From Lytechinus pictus (Eukaryota): a stretch of DNA of 64,000 bases. The notes below the pieces were generated by a model that did no database searches, was not told the origin of the DNA, and worked only from the letters and a program-made list of their open reading frames with translations. This document shows, piece by piece, positions 1 through 14,058 of this stretch. Positions within the stretch are counted from its first letter, which is position 1, and every line of letters starts with the position of its first letter. The stretch is taken from contig NC_087251.1 of the NCBI RefSeq assembly GCF_037042905.1, forward strand, positions 14,572,001 through 14,636,000. Direction: 5' to 3'. The translations under genes were made by a program, and so were the position numbers.

Positions 1-3000
1 AGAGAACACCTTGCCATGAGTAAAATGATTCATCTTTATATTCAGGAGTCGCCAATGGAATTCCAGCAATAACATGCATCAAGCTATTTTCCTCATGCTA
101 AATGATAATAGCACCGTTAATAGCTACATTGGAAATAAACTGCCAGTCATACATAAACTTTGTCAGGTTATTCAACGGCGACCCTATGTTTATGAACATT
201 GGATAACTGCCCTTTAAGAGGATTCGGGCACACCATGCAGAACAACCAATCATCTGAACAAATGATGGTAGACTGCCCTCCATGATTGATTCCACCTGTA
301 TGAACACTGAGTAGAATATCATACATATTGTACTCTTAGAAAACTTCAGCGGCCTTTGACAGACAGTTCACCGAGTCACAAACTCATGGTGTGATTTTAT
401 CTGACTATCTAATCTAGATCTGAACCTATCAGCTCCATTTCATACGATAAAACTGGACAAAAAGACTACTTGATGTTATCAACTTTCCAGGGGAAGACAT
501 TTCAGTACATATATATTTAATTTTCTTCATGGACCTAGTAAGCGCCGTCCCACAACTGTGGGGTTGGTGCTTCTTCGCCATCTTTTTTTTAAACAAGACT
601 ATCTTCTCATAATTTCAGCACCCATCAAAACACCATGAATACTAAAGTATATACATATTAACACTTTGATATTCAAGGCATTGATGGTTTGATTATTTCT
701 TTATAAGCTATTCATTCTTCCCTCACGTTATATCAACTTGCAGTCTTATTGCATCCCTTTTATTCTCATAAGGTAATTTTATTCGGATTGTTTTCTCAAG
801 GATATATACTTTGCTACGTTCATGAAGGTTACCTTCGAAAGTGGCGACATTTTGTCACCTGACATATTCCGGTGACATAATGGCAGTTCCTGTCTTGTTT
901 TTGTCTCCTTCGATAGTTCAAAAACTCACATAATATTTTTGAACACATTTCCCCATGTATTTTCCTGCTTCCATACATGGTAAACCAATCAATGACATAT
1001 CATTATTTCTTGCAATCAATATATTCTAACAGTGATCCTGCCAATTAACAAAACTCAATTTACTGTATAAATGTAATAACTTCCATCGACAAAGACCTTA
1101 AGAGACCTTGAGAGTCTGTAGTTATGGTCGAATAAAATCATATAAATTATGGCTGGAAAAAGGGTTTCCTGTCGAACACTCTTGGGTGAATAAGAATCAC
1201 AGAGGTAATATCACTACCTAATATTTCGTAGATGAAGCATAGAACGCATAGACATAGAAAATAAATTGTAAAAACTCGAAGATAACTTCATCAGTGGTTC
1301 ATGTTACGAAGTATATATACATCCTGAGGTTTCTATTCATAGTTAAGGTCACAATCACCACAATAAATCTTAATCTAATGGTGCAATATAAGGGTATAGA
1401 GAGTAGTGGCGTTATTAGGACAGAGGGATGAGAAAACAAATTTAGAAGCAGTTTGAACATCCTTATGATACCTGTTAGGCTTAAATTCGCTTTCATGTCA
1501 GACATATGTGTGATCATCACCAATCAGTTATATCCTAATCAATGCAAAGACACCCAGGGTGATTCGATTTCTCAGCTATCCAATACCAACGCTCCAAGAA
1601 TTTATGCCCCATCGCGCTGCATTTTTGTATGACATTTCACCCACCGCGTCATTTGCAAGCGAAAAAGGAAAACACAAGGTAAAATCTCTATTAATGCTCC
1701 TTCAGTAAATGCTTCCGCCCTACGCTTGATGGAGCGTGTAGTCGCACGAGGGCAATATATTCTGACGTCCCCTTTCTCCTTATTCTCTATTGCCCCTTTA
1801 TAAACTCGATGTTTTTTTTTTCTTTTAAACCCAATGCTTTGAACTGTGAAAGTGAAGTGGCATCTATCAACGTTGCTAACAGTGCCCATTACTTCTGAAC
1901 AAATGGGTTCATAATTTTTCAATTTCTCGCTCAACTTGCTAGGAATAATAAAATATTCCGACGGGTCTTCAGAAGATAATCTTTTATTAGTTCCGACTAC
2001 GATGTAGCTACTATTAATAAACAAAAACTGTACTTGGTTCTACGATTAATTTTCTTAAATGATATATCAATAAATCCATAGGTCCAATCTATGTCATACA
2101 GCTTCTCATATATTACCACTCTCATAAATGAAATTACAATATTTCAGTCAAATAAATGCAGAAACAATATATAATATATCCGATTAGTCAGATCAGATTA
2201 TTGTGTTTTTACGAGAGCCAATTCAAAATGTAAAATTATATCAAATACATGTAGGCTTGAACTGAAATCCCCAATCTTTTGAATCGCTTGGTGTAGAACA
2301 ACACGAAATATAAAAGGGTGTTGGCATACAACAGTATTTCTACAGGTCACTCGCCATTGTCTAAAATATAACATTGATTATTTTTTTTACATGTCAGTTT
2401 ACGGAGATCATGCCATAATTTTTTTGGGACGAGATGGATATTTTGCTCCATTCCCCCAAAAAAGAAATGGTCACAATGATTGTGAACAACCAACTATAGC
2501 GTAACATCCAAATTAAAATTACATTGCATTTTGACGATTAACAGCGCCTTTGTGATCCTAGGTAACTTAAAAAGTTAAAAAGTTCATGGAGACTTAACGA
2601 TATCAAATGGGGTATGGGATCATATTACAATGAAGGTAGGCACCTATGCATGGGAACGAGCTACCTCCTCCTCATATTTCTAGTTTTTACTCATTCTTAT
2701 CAATGACAAGATTTCTACCGAATTTGGAACCTAGAACAATGGTACGTTAAATTTCATTATATAAATTTTAATTTGGGGGTAGGTCTACATGTATATCTAT
2801 AGATATAATCTAGATATAGATATAGTCAATCTAAATGATAACTATAATGATTAATTGCCATTTTACTTCGAATACTGTACAGTCTTGGATCTCGAAACTT
2901 GTGATTCTCGAAACTGTGATTCGTTCAGCTCCAGTTTGATTCCACAGGTAGTTTCCCTCTATCCAACTTATAATTAAGGCCATCCAAAATTATCTAAATG

Positions 3001-3444
3001 TATGGTCTTAAAACCTAAATCAAGGACTTTAAGAGTGCTCATTAATAATTGCTCCTAACATTGATATGACGGTTTCTGATGATAGTTGTAACTTTAGCAC
3101 GACAGTCAATAGATTGCCATTAATACCATTTACCACCTACAACCCTTTTTATGTTACCTGATAATTCTTTCATATATATTATCATGCTTGCTTTAACCCT
3201 GTTATAGCGTAATGATGCTTTCGATGGATGACAGATATTCATCAGACAAGAAGACTATTCTACTCTTATCACCGAGTTCTGAATTAATCAGGGAGCTCTT
3301 CAATCATTAAAGAGGTTAATTTTCTGAACGTAGGTAGGCTTAAATCATTTTTTATACCGAGCTTCTTTCATAAATACCGGACGTATAGTGCTCCGCAGAC
3401 TTCGCCGATGGCGGTCATCATCGGGTTTCATTATTTTTTCTTTA

Positions 3445-3740
3445 AAACAAAAACCCGAACATCTTTCATTTCTACATTATTTAAAGGAGGAAATAATACC
3501 CCGCGGCTTCATGTGTATTTTCATATTACGTTTATTCATTAGGTATGGAACATGCACTGAAGAAATAGGAGAAAATAAATCGAAAGTACTGATAATGTTC
3601 ATCTTATTCTTTCTTATGTTTAAAAAAACGAACATCTTTCATTCCTACATTTTTGAAAGGAGAAAATGATCCCCCGTAGCTGCATGTATATTTGATATTA
3701 CGTATTCTATAGGAATGGAACGCCACCTGGGGGAAAAAGG
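3445..3740. repeat. Degenerate direct duplication (about 180-bp period)
   Basis: cgaacatctttcatt(t/c)ctacatt...catgt.tattt.atattacgt occurs at about 3456 and about 3629. Confidence 0.7.
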
Positions 3741-5797
3741 AAATGGATTAGATACAGATACCTTTAATACAAGGGGAATCAAGAAGATTACAAACATATG
3801 CATGTTTTGCATCACGACGAGTATAAAGCAAAATGTGCATAGAATATTATCAGTTTTATTCCGAAGTGGATTTATATATCAGTATTATTAGAATATTTTG
3901 TTGGGGTTATTGCCTTACATCGCACACGTCATGCTTTTTAAAGGGCCCCTGCAACTAAACTTCAAGTAGACCCCTATGTGTACACAGTACTGAATGCAAC
4001 CTATATTCATCAATGGACTAAATTACTGAGCTGTCTTTTTCAATACTTTAATCCTGTGTTTTATTCAAGTGACCGTTATACCTATCATGCAATGACACAG
4101 CTTTCATATATATCACTATATTAACTGCTGCATACAAAATGGATGATGACTCCTATGATATATTTGTGGTAGGGCTTAATTTGGTATAATCGGATCGTAT
4201 TTATATATCAGAATCAATATCATAATTGTTTGTATTTTTCCATTACCGCTGAAGTGATAGGAACAAATATTGAACATATATAAACAAGATTCATCTTTTC
4301 TTTTAATATCAATTTAACATTTTCACTACAAATCTTTTTAATTCCCTGTACCACCTGGGACCAACTGCAGAGATAGTCGCTTACGCATAACCTGAATGCT
4401 CACTTCTTATTGGTGGAAATCAATTTGCGTTCGATTTGTGGAGTTGCGTTTGACTGCGACTGTATCTGCAAGTGGGCCCCGTGAGTATGTTCCACTTCCA
4501 CGTAACTTAAACCCGGCTTTGTTGTGGTACCCGAGATATATGATATCAAGCAACAAATCTATGTTATGCACTTACACAAGAGTTGTCCATTTTTATGAGC
4601 TCCAAGGAAAGAGCAGAAGTTGTCATAACCCGATTCCTCCAGGAATGGTGTGTGAGTATGGTGCATCATTACTTGATATTGTCATACATGTTCTTTATTC
4701 TTCTTTTTCTTCTTCTCCAACTTCACCTTATTATTGTGATTACTATTATATCATCATTAATATTTGAAGGGGTAATCAAAATTGTATTGATTATTTCTAG
4801 CATCGTTATCATAATATCAAAAAATATCCTCTCTGTTATAAGATTGAAATTCATAATAATCATAACATTTAATTACTCACTTTGATTTACTTTGCTGTCG
4901 AGACGTAAAACAATTAGCTTTATATGCCCCTCGTCATTAACATAATCATTAACATTATCATTCTCATCATCATCATCATCATCATCACTATCGTTACTAG
5001 TATGATGATTTCTGTCCGTGATTATCACTTCACGAATTAAGAAAGCATTTAAACGCCTTTAATGTTCATTTTCATCGAATCAAAATTTAATCCGTCTAGA
5101 AATAGTGTATACAAATACATTTTGAAATCTAAGGAACGGTTTGTGTGAACTAGATTGCTTTACATACCGAAGGCGGAGATAAAAACGCGTCTGATGTGAG
5201 AAATGGAACATTTTCTTAAGAAAACCTTTAAGAAACTCTGCGGCATTTTGATCTAGTCTTACCGAGGATGCACGGAAATAGAAACTGTAAACACACAAGC
5301 CATTCACAGATTCTCGACGCTTCATGAACATGAATCAAACAATAATCTGAGGAATATTAGTTGCAGGGCGATAGCATCTCTAAAGTGAACTGTATACAAG
5401 ATGGATGCTTACGGAAGACGAAATGAAAGACGATGTCAGCAAAATTTGAAAAGAAATATACAAAACAGAAAGAAATTTAATCTGAAAAGCGTTGACAGAC
5501 AATCAATGTCCTCGTCGTACTCACGGTATCCACTTTTTAAATAACCCCAAAGTAAAATCTGGATAATAATACATAAAGAGATAGACAAAGTCTATATACA
5601 TGGGCTGTGCCATAGGGGGACAGGGGCATCCCCTTGTGATTTTAGTGAAAAAGAAAAAGGGAAGAAAAAACAGGGAAATGGCAGAAAGGGAAAGGGAGAA
5701 GAAAGAAGTGCATACAAAGGATGTGTATTGATCGCCTTACTCTATAGAAAACCTGTAATTCAATTGAGGAAAATAATATCGTCTGCTCCCACCCCAC

Positions 5798-5803
5798 CAT
5801 ATA

Positions 5804-5844
<41 letters not shown>

Positions 5845-5960
5845 TATATATATACATGTATAATTTATAACATTTAAATATATATATATATTTGTATATG
5901 TGTGTGTGTGTGAGGGTGTGTTCGTGTGGGTGTGTGGGTGTATGTATGCGGGTGGGTGTA
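5798..5960. repeat. (TA)n/(TG)n microsatellite
   Basis: Seen directly. Similar tracts at 24796-24829, 60625-60668, 60988-61080 and 61813-61849. Confidence 0.95.
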
Positions 5961-8932
5961 TGCCTATGTATATAATAGACATGGAGAGAGAGAGGAGGAA
6001 AGAACCGGTAATATGTGCGTGCGTTCCCTTATTGTGGGGGTGTTTGTGTGAATAAGTGCGTGTGATTTTGTGAATGAGTGTGTCTTCTGAACACGTGATC
6101 AAATTCGTTTATAATACAAATATAAGATGCCAGACATTCAGATCTATATTCCAATGGTAATTCATTGTGAAATATTTGGCTTCTTTTTGGAGAAATATCT
6201 GCCTCTTGGTAAATAACAGTTATATCAAGATGATACGGTATGGTACGTCTGTGCAAATATAAAGGCCTTTTTCAGACAGAAAGAGGGTAATGAGGAGGGT
6301 GAATTATTCAAAAAAGGGAAATATCTAGCAGGCACTCAACTGCTGAGATATTAAGATGTCACTTCTTTATGCATGTTATTTGAATTTTGATTTTTACAGA
6401 AGAAACCACAAAATTAATGGAATTATTGTATAAATTGATGTATTAAGTCTGAATGTAGAAATTTTGAATCAGTGTAATAAATGAAATACTTGCCGGCGGC
6501 AGTTATCAAAAGTTATGTAAGTAAAGTTATTCCATCAACAGCAGAGCACGATGGTATATTTTCTTTTACCAAAACCATCCACATCAAGGGATTTAAAATT
6601 GAATTATTTGGGAAAGAATGACCAAGTAAAAAGACGCTTAATCAATAAAAAAGTTTTTCATAAGCAGACCAATTACATGAATATACAAAGATTTAAAATC
6701 AAGTCTCTACTAACTATATTTTTATAAACATGTGAACGTAATTTTTATAAAAAGCAGACGGAATAGCCAGTTTATGAATATGATATTCCAAGTTTCCAGA
6801 AGAGGTACAGCTCCAATCGTCATGAAAATTTATAAAACAGGAAAAACTCCCACTTCCTCATTTTCTTCTTATTTCATTGTATTGCTCCAAATAGCCCGGC
6901 TAAACATAGCTTATGCGCGTGTTTTGTTTGCGGAACCTATTTTAAAAGAAAAATTCCTCAGGGAAAGAGTCACTCACCTACGTGGCACAGTATTGAGTGG
7001 GTAATCCAACTCTTTTCGTTGAAAAAGTCCGCCACTTTGCTACCGACGCGTCGCGACTCGGGGGAATCCAGAACGAAGAGCGAAAGTCGTCAACCATGAC
7101 CTTTCATTGATACATCAAATTTAATTTGGGGGAAAGGGCTCTTTTCTCATCTTTTCTCTAGTCGCCATTGGAACACCTTCAGAACGCCATAGTAGCTAAG
7201 GGCACAGTTGGGATAATTGACACATTACTGGAAGTAAGGAGAGGCAGAATATTTGTTTGAGACATGATTGGATAGTACTTATTTCGTTAAGGTGGCTAAG
7301 GAAAACGTGAATGAACTCTCTAGTGGAACTCGCTCACACAGTGCATTCCACAAAGAAGGGGAAATAGGCTTTGAGATAGCTATTATAACCATCAAATACA
7401 TTTTTATTTCAATTCAGACACTATATCAAGAGTTATATATTTTCTTTGACTTGAGATAAATTACCTACTGAAAATGTTGCAAACAATATAAAATGTCCCT
7501 GTCACAAAATGGATTTAGGCAGAAACTCATCGATAACTCTCCATTTACCCCCAATCAGAGACTTTGTTAAAGAAGTATAGCATAGAAACAAAAGGAATGA
7601 AGAAGAGCATTTCCATTACTACATAAATTGATCCGAACCCTTGAAAGATCTTGAATTATATTAATTGGTCAATTTGATTTTCAGAACAAAATTTTCAATT
7701 CTTCTCGATTCCATGGGTGAACTTTTTTCATCAGATAAAGACAGGTATAAAGAAGAAAAATACTAAATGGTGTTGTATCTTAAATCAACCACGCGTGCCT
7801 AACTTAGACAAAGATAAAAAAATCCTTGTTTTTTTTCCTGGAACAAACTGTACATAGTCCATTGATTCAACCCCGAGAGAGTCAAAGATCTAAACAAGTT
7901 TAAAGCGAAGTTTGTCTCTATATATTCCTAATTCCATATTCCTAAAAAAACACAAGTTTTTATGATTCGGAATTACAACGTCTCAATCATGTAAATGATG
8001 CACATGTCTTTCCTCTTATCAAATTAAGGGAAACATTTTTCTTTGTTTTAACAAGTTTAGGTACAGTTTTCCATTCCCATTGTTATGGACTGCATGGAAG
8101 AAAAGTATTGTCGTGTTGAGAAAACTGTATAATCTGGTCTATTCATCCGTTTTTATAATTTTGTTGTTTTAAACGGAAAATAAATACTATATTATCAATA
8201 TTACTACAATGTAATGAAATGCATTCTTTCATCGTTTCATAACGCTAAATTCAGATGATCGGATGGAATATATTAAAACACAACATGTTTACTTTATAGA
8301 TGAATTTTTAATGATCTTGCATCTTTCATCTTTATTATTATTATTTTTTTATTCATTCATTCATTTATTTATTTGTAGTTTTATTTGTACAGGGTGGCAG
8401 TGTCAGTTTCAAAATTACTTTCCACAACGGCCCTGTCATGAAATACAATTTGCTATGATTAATATATTTGAATCAGTAATATTTACATAATCAATAGCAC
8501 AAATTAAATATTCACTTATATACATATCTATATAAATATGGAACCCAAAAGAATTTAAAAAGACTAACAAACACAAAAATATACATTAAAATCTTAACAA
8601 TGAGTCAATCAGTTTCAAAATAAACGAAACCCTAAAAAAATCCCAATAAATGGTTTTGAAAAAATGTAAACAAATCATATGAAGTTCTTCCTAATCCAAT
8701 AATTATAATAAAATTGATATCATGCTATCACACATTTTTGTTAAAGAAGAAATATATTGATTATGAATATGGCCTTATTATATATCAGTGGAAAGGTCAT
8801 GATGTGGGGATTATCATTTGGTCATTCAAAAATAACGAAAGTAATGCATAAGGTGGAAATCGGCAATTAAAAAGCGCTAAAATGCCTCTCCGAAATACGC
8901 TTCCCATCGGTCTCTGAATTGACTCGAATTTG

Positions 8933-10128
8933 ATGACGTGTATGAGTGTACGAGAGACGTGATTGGCTCTCCCACGTCAAGCTCCATTGCATGCAAAACC
9001 TGTTGCGAGGGTACGTTTTCTCCACACTGTCACTGAATACTTCGATCACGAAATGAAAGAAAACCCAGAAGTTTATCTAGATTTTGGATTTTCAAATCGA
9101 TGATTTTAAAGATGAAGACAAAATTGATGAAGTTTCTAGCTCTAGTGACGTGGATGGAGGTAAATTAGGGGAATTACGCCTATGATGATGAGTCGGACAA
9201 TTCAACTTGCATGCCGATTCGCTACCAACTCATGCAGCTGCTAGTGCTAGCTCGAGCTAGCTGCTCGTATGTGATTGTAAACAAACCATCACAAACACAC
9301 ATTGCTTGCTCGCCTTGGCTGAGAGAGTAGATGCACGTGTTGCACAGCTCTCTATCGGCATTTTGGATGGTTTGTTTATCACATACGAGCTAAGCATGTT
9401 GGGGGTGCTCTTTTACATCTAATTTTAATTTACCTCAACTTTCTGCTTCAAAAAAGGTTTTATCGTAATTAAAAATAATACGAGGTGTTACTATATTTTT
9501 ATATAGATAAATAATTCCCCGAGTTTCGTAATTTTGTCAAAATAATGAGGTAGAAATTATGTCTAACAGAACGAGTGACAATTTATCCCAGCCACGTGAA
9601 GTTTATCGTCGGTGCATATCGTCTGCTGCTATTCGTTGAGTTGATTTGCCTTCAGATTCGGATGTATTCACTTGTTTGTAAGTACAGTTATATCATTATT
9701 TTCCTTCTTTAGAGTAAATTTTATTGACAGAGGGAATTAAGAGACTCTGTCTGGATGGTCAGGCTGGAATTCATTTTCATGGATTTATTTTGGCCCGCGG
9801 TACGTGCAGCTAGCACTAGCAGCTGCATGAGTTGGTAGCGAATCGGCATGCAAGTTGAATTGTCCGACTCATCATCATAGGCGTAATTCCCCTAATTTAC
9901 CTCCATCCACGTCACTAGAGCTAGAAACTTCATCAATTTTCTCTTCATCTTCAAAATCATCAATTTGAAAATCCAAAATCTAGATAAACTTCTGGGTTTT
10001 CTTTCATTTCGTGATCGAAGTATTCAGTGACAGTGTGGAGAAAACGTACCCTCGCAACAGGTTTTGCATGCAAGTGGAGCTTGACGTGGGAGAGCCAATC
10101 ACGTCTCGCGTACACTTATACACGTCAT
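8933..10128. repeat. Long inverted repeat (arms 8933-9252 and 9808-10128), probably inside a Kolobok-like element of about 8745-10265
   Basis: About 320-bp arms differing at roughly six positions by eye, with a 555-bp spacer. Possible termini ttaaagaagaaata and ttttcccctttaa. Confidence 0.9.
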
Positions 10129-10319
10129 AAAAAAAAACAATTTCGCGGACGTAATTGTGCGTGTTTGAAGCATTCAGAGAGAGAACTTTAAACTACCAAT
10201 TAAGTGAGCTTCATCGGTCTCCATGATAAATGATGTACAACATCGTGTTCTTCTTATTTTCCCCTTTAATTTGATATATAATTCTTCATTTTTATGATTT
10301 TCAATATATTTCTACTTTA

Positions 10320-11190
10320 AACAAGGCTTTAAAATTACTATTTTCCTTCATTTATTTTGATAATTTCCTTCAATGTTGATAATTAAATCCTGATTTAAAA
10401 GCATTTAACGACCGAATGTTTCTTTGATTTACATTGAGGTTGATCCACCTAGCATATCCCATGAATTCAAATGTCCGACTGGCCGCACAATTATTTAACT
10501 TTACGGTATTACTGAGACAGCTATTCATGCGGAATCTTATTTCAACTTGGCCTGGAGAAGATACATTTCAGATAATCAGGTGCAAGATCATTCAGGCACT
10601 TATATATTTGGATTCAATGTGGATTCCATCGAATGGGCAGTTCTTGCCACTTTAGTTCTCTAAACATATCAACTATGTGAGTTCGTGGATGTGCACCCAG
10701 AATCATTCTAGCCATTTTATTGTGTAACTTTACTAATCTATCGAGATTTGTCGATGAGGCATTTGACCATGCAACATTGCATAATCTAGAAGTGGCATGA
10801 TTAAGGAACAGCATAACATCTTCAAAATTTCATTTGGTAAAACCGGTTTAGCAGATCGTCTTAAAAACACTATTCTTTGAAATCATTCACTGGCTGTGTA
10901 ATCGATGTACTCCTTCCATACTTAATGTTCATCAAGCATGACACCAATATATTTGGATTTCTTAACTATCTCGATGTGCTGATTGGAGAGCATTAAATAC
11001 AGATTAGAAAATTCTTTAAGCTTTTCTCGAGTGCCTAGTAACATAAATGTTGTTTTATTTAAGTTCAGTGTCAGCTTATTGGTAAACCATTGGAAGACCA
11101 TTGATGTAAATTACAAACATTGACGGTCCTTAAATTGAGCCTTGCGGCACTCCAAAGGTAACCGGGTCAAGTGAAGACATACGATCATTA
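10320..11190 (-). mobile_element. Degenerate L2/CR1-group LINE RT fragment
   Basis: Minus-strand remnants FGVPQGSI*GP (about 11125-11160), KYIGVMLDEH (about 10925-10955) and LVKLHNKMARMILGAHPRTHIVDMFRELKW, with stops and frameshifts. Confidence 0.85.
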
Positions 11191-11435
11191 TATTATTCTT
11201 TCAGTAAGAGGAGAATGTCCCACACTGTGAACACACTGTGGACCACGCTGTGAGTCACTGTGTTCTTTCTAGCAGGGAATGTTGCTGACCCGGAGCTTGT
11301 TGCATAAAACTTTTACCATGATAAAACTCTGGCAAATGAATAAAAATTATGCCAAAACAAATTATGCCATTGACAATAACACAATGAAAAAAAATACCAC
11401 AATTTTTCTATTATGCAACAGGCCCCTGGGAAGGT

Positions 11436-12357
11436 TTCTTATGGCAATTTTTTTGTAAATTGCACATTTTGGTAAATTACCAAATGTGCAATTTACCAAA
11501 ATGTGCCTTCACTATGTTACGGCACATTTTGGTAAATTGCCAAAATGTGCAGTTACCAAAAGTGCCGTAACTTCTGGAATTCTTCGCTCAGTTGTCCTCA
11601 TTCGTTGCATTAATAAAGAATACAAATAGCTTGTAGTCACTTCATCTAAGAGTTATTTCATCTAAATGCCATTTCGTTCATTAAACATTTTATCCAATAG
11701 CCATTTCATCATATAGCCTATAGCCAGTTAGGCCAAAAGCCACTTCGTTCTATAGCCATTTTGGTCTGATGTCCTTTGGTCTAATTTGGTCCAGCACCCA
11801 CTTGGTTCAATTGACAGTTGGTCCAATACACACTTGAAGTTGATCTAACCGACATTTGGTAAAATGCCCACTTGGTCAAATGCCCACTTGGCCCCATTCC
11901 CATATGGTCTAATGTGTATAAGTTTACGCAATCGCGTGAACGCCCCCAGTAACGACTGATAGACCAAGTGGGCATTGGATGAACAGTCAATTGGACCAAG
12001 TGGGTATTCGACCACCTGTCAATTGGACCAGGTGGATTTTGGACCAGAATGACAATTGGCCCAACTGGCAATGAGGTTATACGAATTGGCTTTTGGACGA
12101 AATGGCTATTGGAAGAAGTGTCTACCCCTGACTTTGTTTCTACCCCAATACCGCATTTATCAATCTTTACTCCATTACAAACATCAAACCTAGTTTTTGA
12201 GTGGTTACCAAAATGTGCATATTGTCCACAATGTGCAGGCACAACAACTTATAACTGCACATTTTGTTAACAAAAATCCTGTCAGGCATAGGTGTACTAT
12301 CGGCACATTTTGGTAACGAATTTAATTTTACCAAAATGTGCCGTAACAACAAGGTTC
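11436..12357. mobile_element. Motif-array TIR element with a nested TTGGTC/GACCAA foldback repeat
   Basis: gcacattttggtaa / ttaccaaaatgtgc motifs at both ends (11460-11570, 12205-12347). Central TTGGTC motifs switch to GACCAA near 11920. Confidence 0.6.
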
Positions 12358-13458
12358 CTGGGCTACAGTCAGACTTTGGAAAACTATACCAAGTCGACAA
12401 AGGCTAGTGTTATTACCAATGACAGATCATTAATCGTTAGAGGTCGGTTTGGTTGGTGTGGCCGTAGCATTAGCGGGGGTTGATAGTGGGGGAAAGATGC
12501 AGAATAATTAGACTAGATAACCAAGATAATGGGAACATAGGTCATATTATTTACCAACCGTAAACGAGATTAAACAGTGTTTTACAAAATATTGGATGAA
12601 AAGGGAACAAGCATGTTTGTTGGGTAAGATAACACCAAATTCTTTGTACATTTTATATGAATTTGTATGTTCTTACAGTCATAATGCCCATGAAAGACAA
12701 TGTATAAATTAGTTTATTATTCAACACATATACATGTTCCTTTTTAGATATGGTTCAATTAGAAATTTTAAAGCAATAGGATCATGCTGGTCTATAGTCA
12801 AGGCTTTGTATCACTTTCATATAAGTGACACATCTTGCCACAGATGTAATCACATTATCCAAAGAAAAATATGGAACAATCCCTGTCGTATTCATTGCTT
12901 CAGAAGAAAAAAAAGGAGTTCACTTTCTTATCATACGTCAAATTTATTTATATTTTTCTCTTTATATACACAAATACTACTTCACCTTCACATTTTGCTG
13001 TTCCCTAATATGTACTACAGGAAAATTTATCCCTAGGGAATTATTACTCGAAGGTTAAGTAACATTTATAAACTGGAGAACAAAATAATCCGAAAGTCAC
13101 ACGAGCCATGTATAAATTCATTTTTATATATGTTATTGCGATGGAATTGTCCTTGAACGGGAAGAAATGTGTTTATGCTTTATTCAGTAGTGAAACTGAA
13201 TTTGAATAAAATTAATATTAATGATCAAATCAACTGGTTTTTATTTGTTGTCTTGAGTAAATGCAATACCCTTAGAATAATGGCTTAACAATCTGGCTAA
13301 ATGTTGCCTTTCCATCATAGATGCAGATCTAAAAAGTTCTGACATAGTTAGATAAGGACCTTTTGGCACGTGAATTATCATTGCTTTGAAAATTATTATT
13401 TCTTTTAAAATTCAATTTGATGTTAATTCTGCTTATTACTCGGATATAACTTCTTTAA

Positions 13459-14058
13459 AGGTCAAGTCCACCCAAGGAAAATGTTGATTTGAATAAATAG
13501 AGAAAAATCAAACTTGCCTAACGCTGAAAATTTCATCAAAATCGGATGTAACATACATGTAAGAAAGTTATGACAGTTTAAAGTTTCGCTTATTTTTCAC
13601 AAAACAGTGATATGCACAACTCAGTGACATGAAAGTGAGTCAGTCGATGATGTCCATCACTCCTTATTTCTTTTGTTTTTTATTGTTTGAATTATGCAAT
13701 ATTTCATTTATTACAAATTTGACAATGAGGACCAACTTGACCGAACCATATCATATTAAACAATGCTAATTCCATATGTTCAGGGAGGAATTAATCATTG
13801 TGTCACTCTACAATGAGGAGAAAATGAGAATATTTCATATTTCATACAATAAAATACAAAATAAATAATGAGTGGATGACGTCATCAGTCTCCTCATTTG
13901 CATACCGACCCGGATGTGCATATAACTGTTTAAGTGAAACTTTAAAATGTCATAACTTTCCTATTTTACATCCGATTTTGATGAAATTTCCAGTGTTATG
14001 CTTGTTAGATTTTTCTCTTTTTATTCAAATCAATTTTTTGTTGGGGTGGACTTGTCCT
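13459..14058. mobile_element. Kolobok-like MITE
   Basis: TTAA TSD at 13455-58 and 14059-62. Termini AGGTCAAGTCCACCC / GGGTGGACTTGTCCT with about 130 bp of imperfect inverted repeat. Confidence 0.85.

Noticed and set aside
1602..2024. 140-aa minus-strand ORF
   Set aside because: No recognisable motif or splice support, and it crosses a homopolymer run.
4396..4885. Overlapping + strand ORFs (123 and 100 aa)
   Set aside because: No family motif in the frames I translated on either strand, and the C-terminal parts are low-complexity.
11781..12400. ORFs and CRISPR-like periodic motifs
   Set aside because: These are short irregular transposon subterminal motifs in eukaryotic DNA, not constant repeats with spacers.
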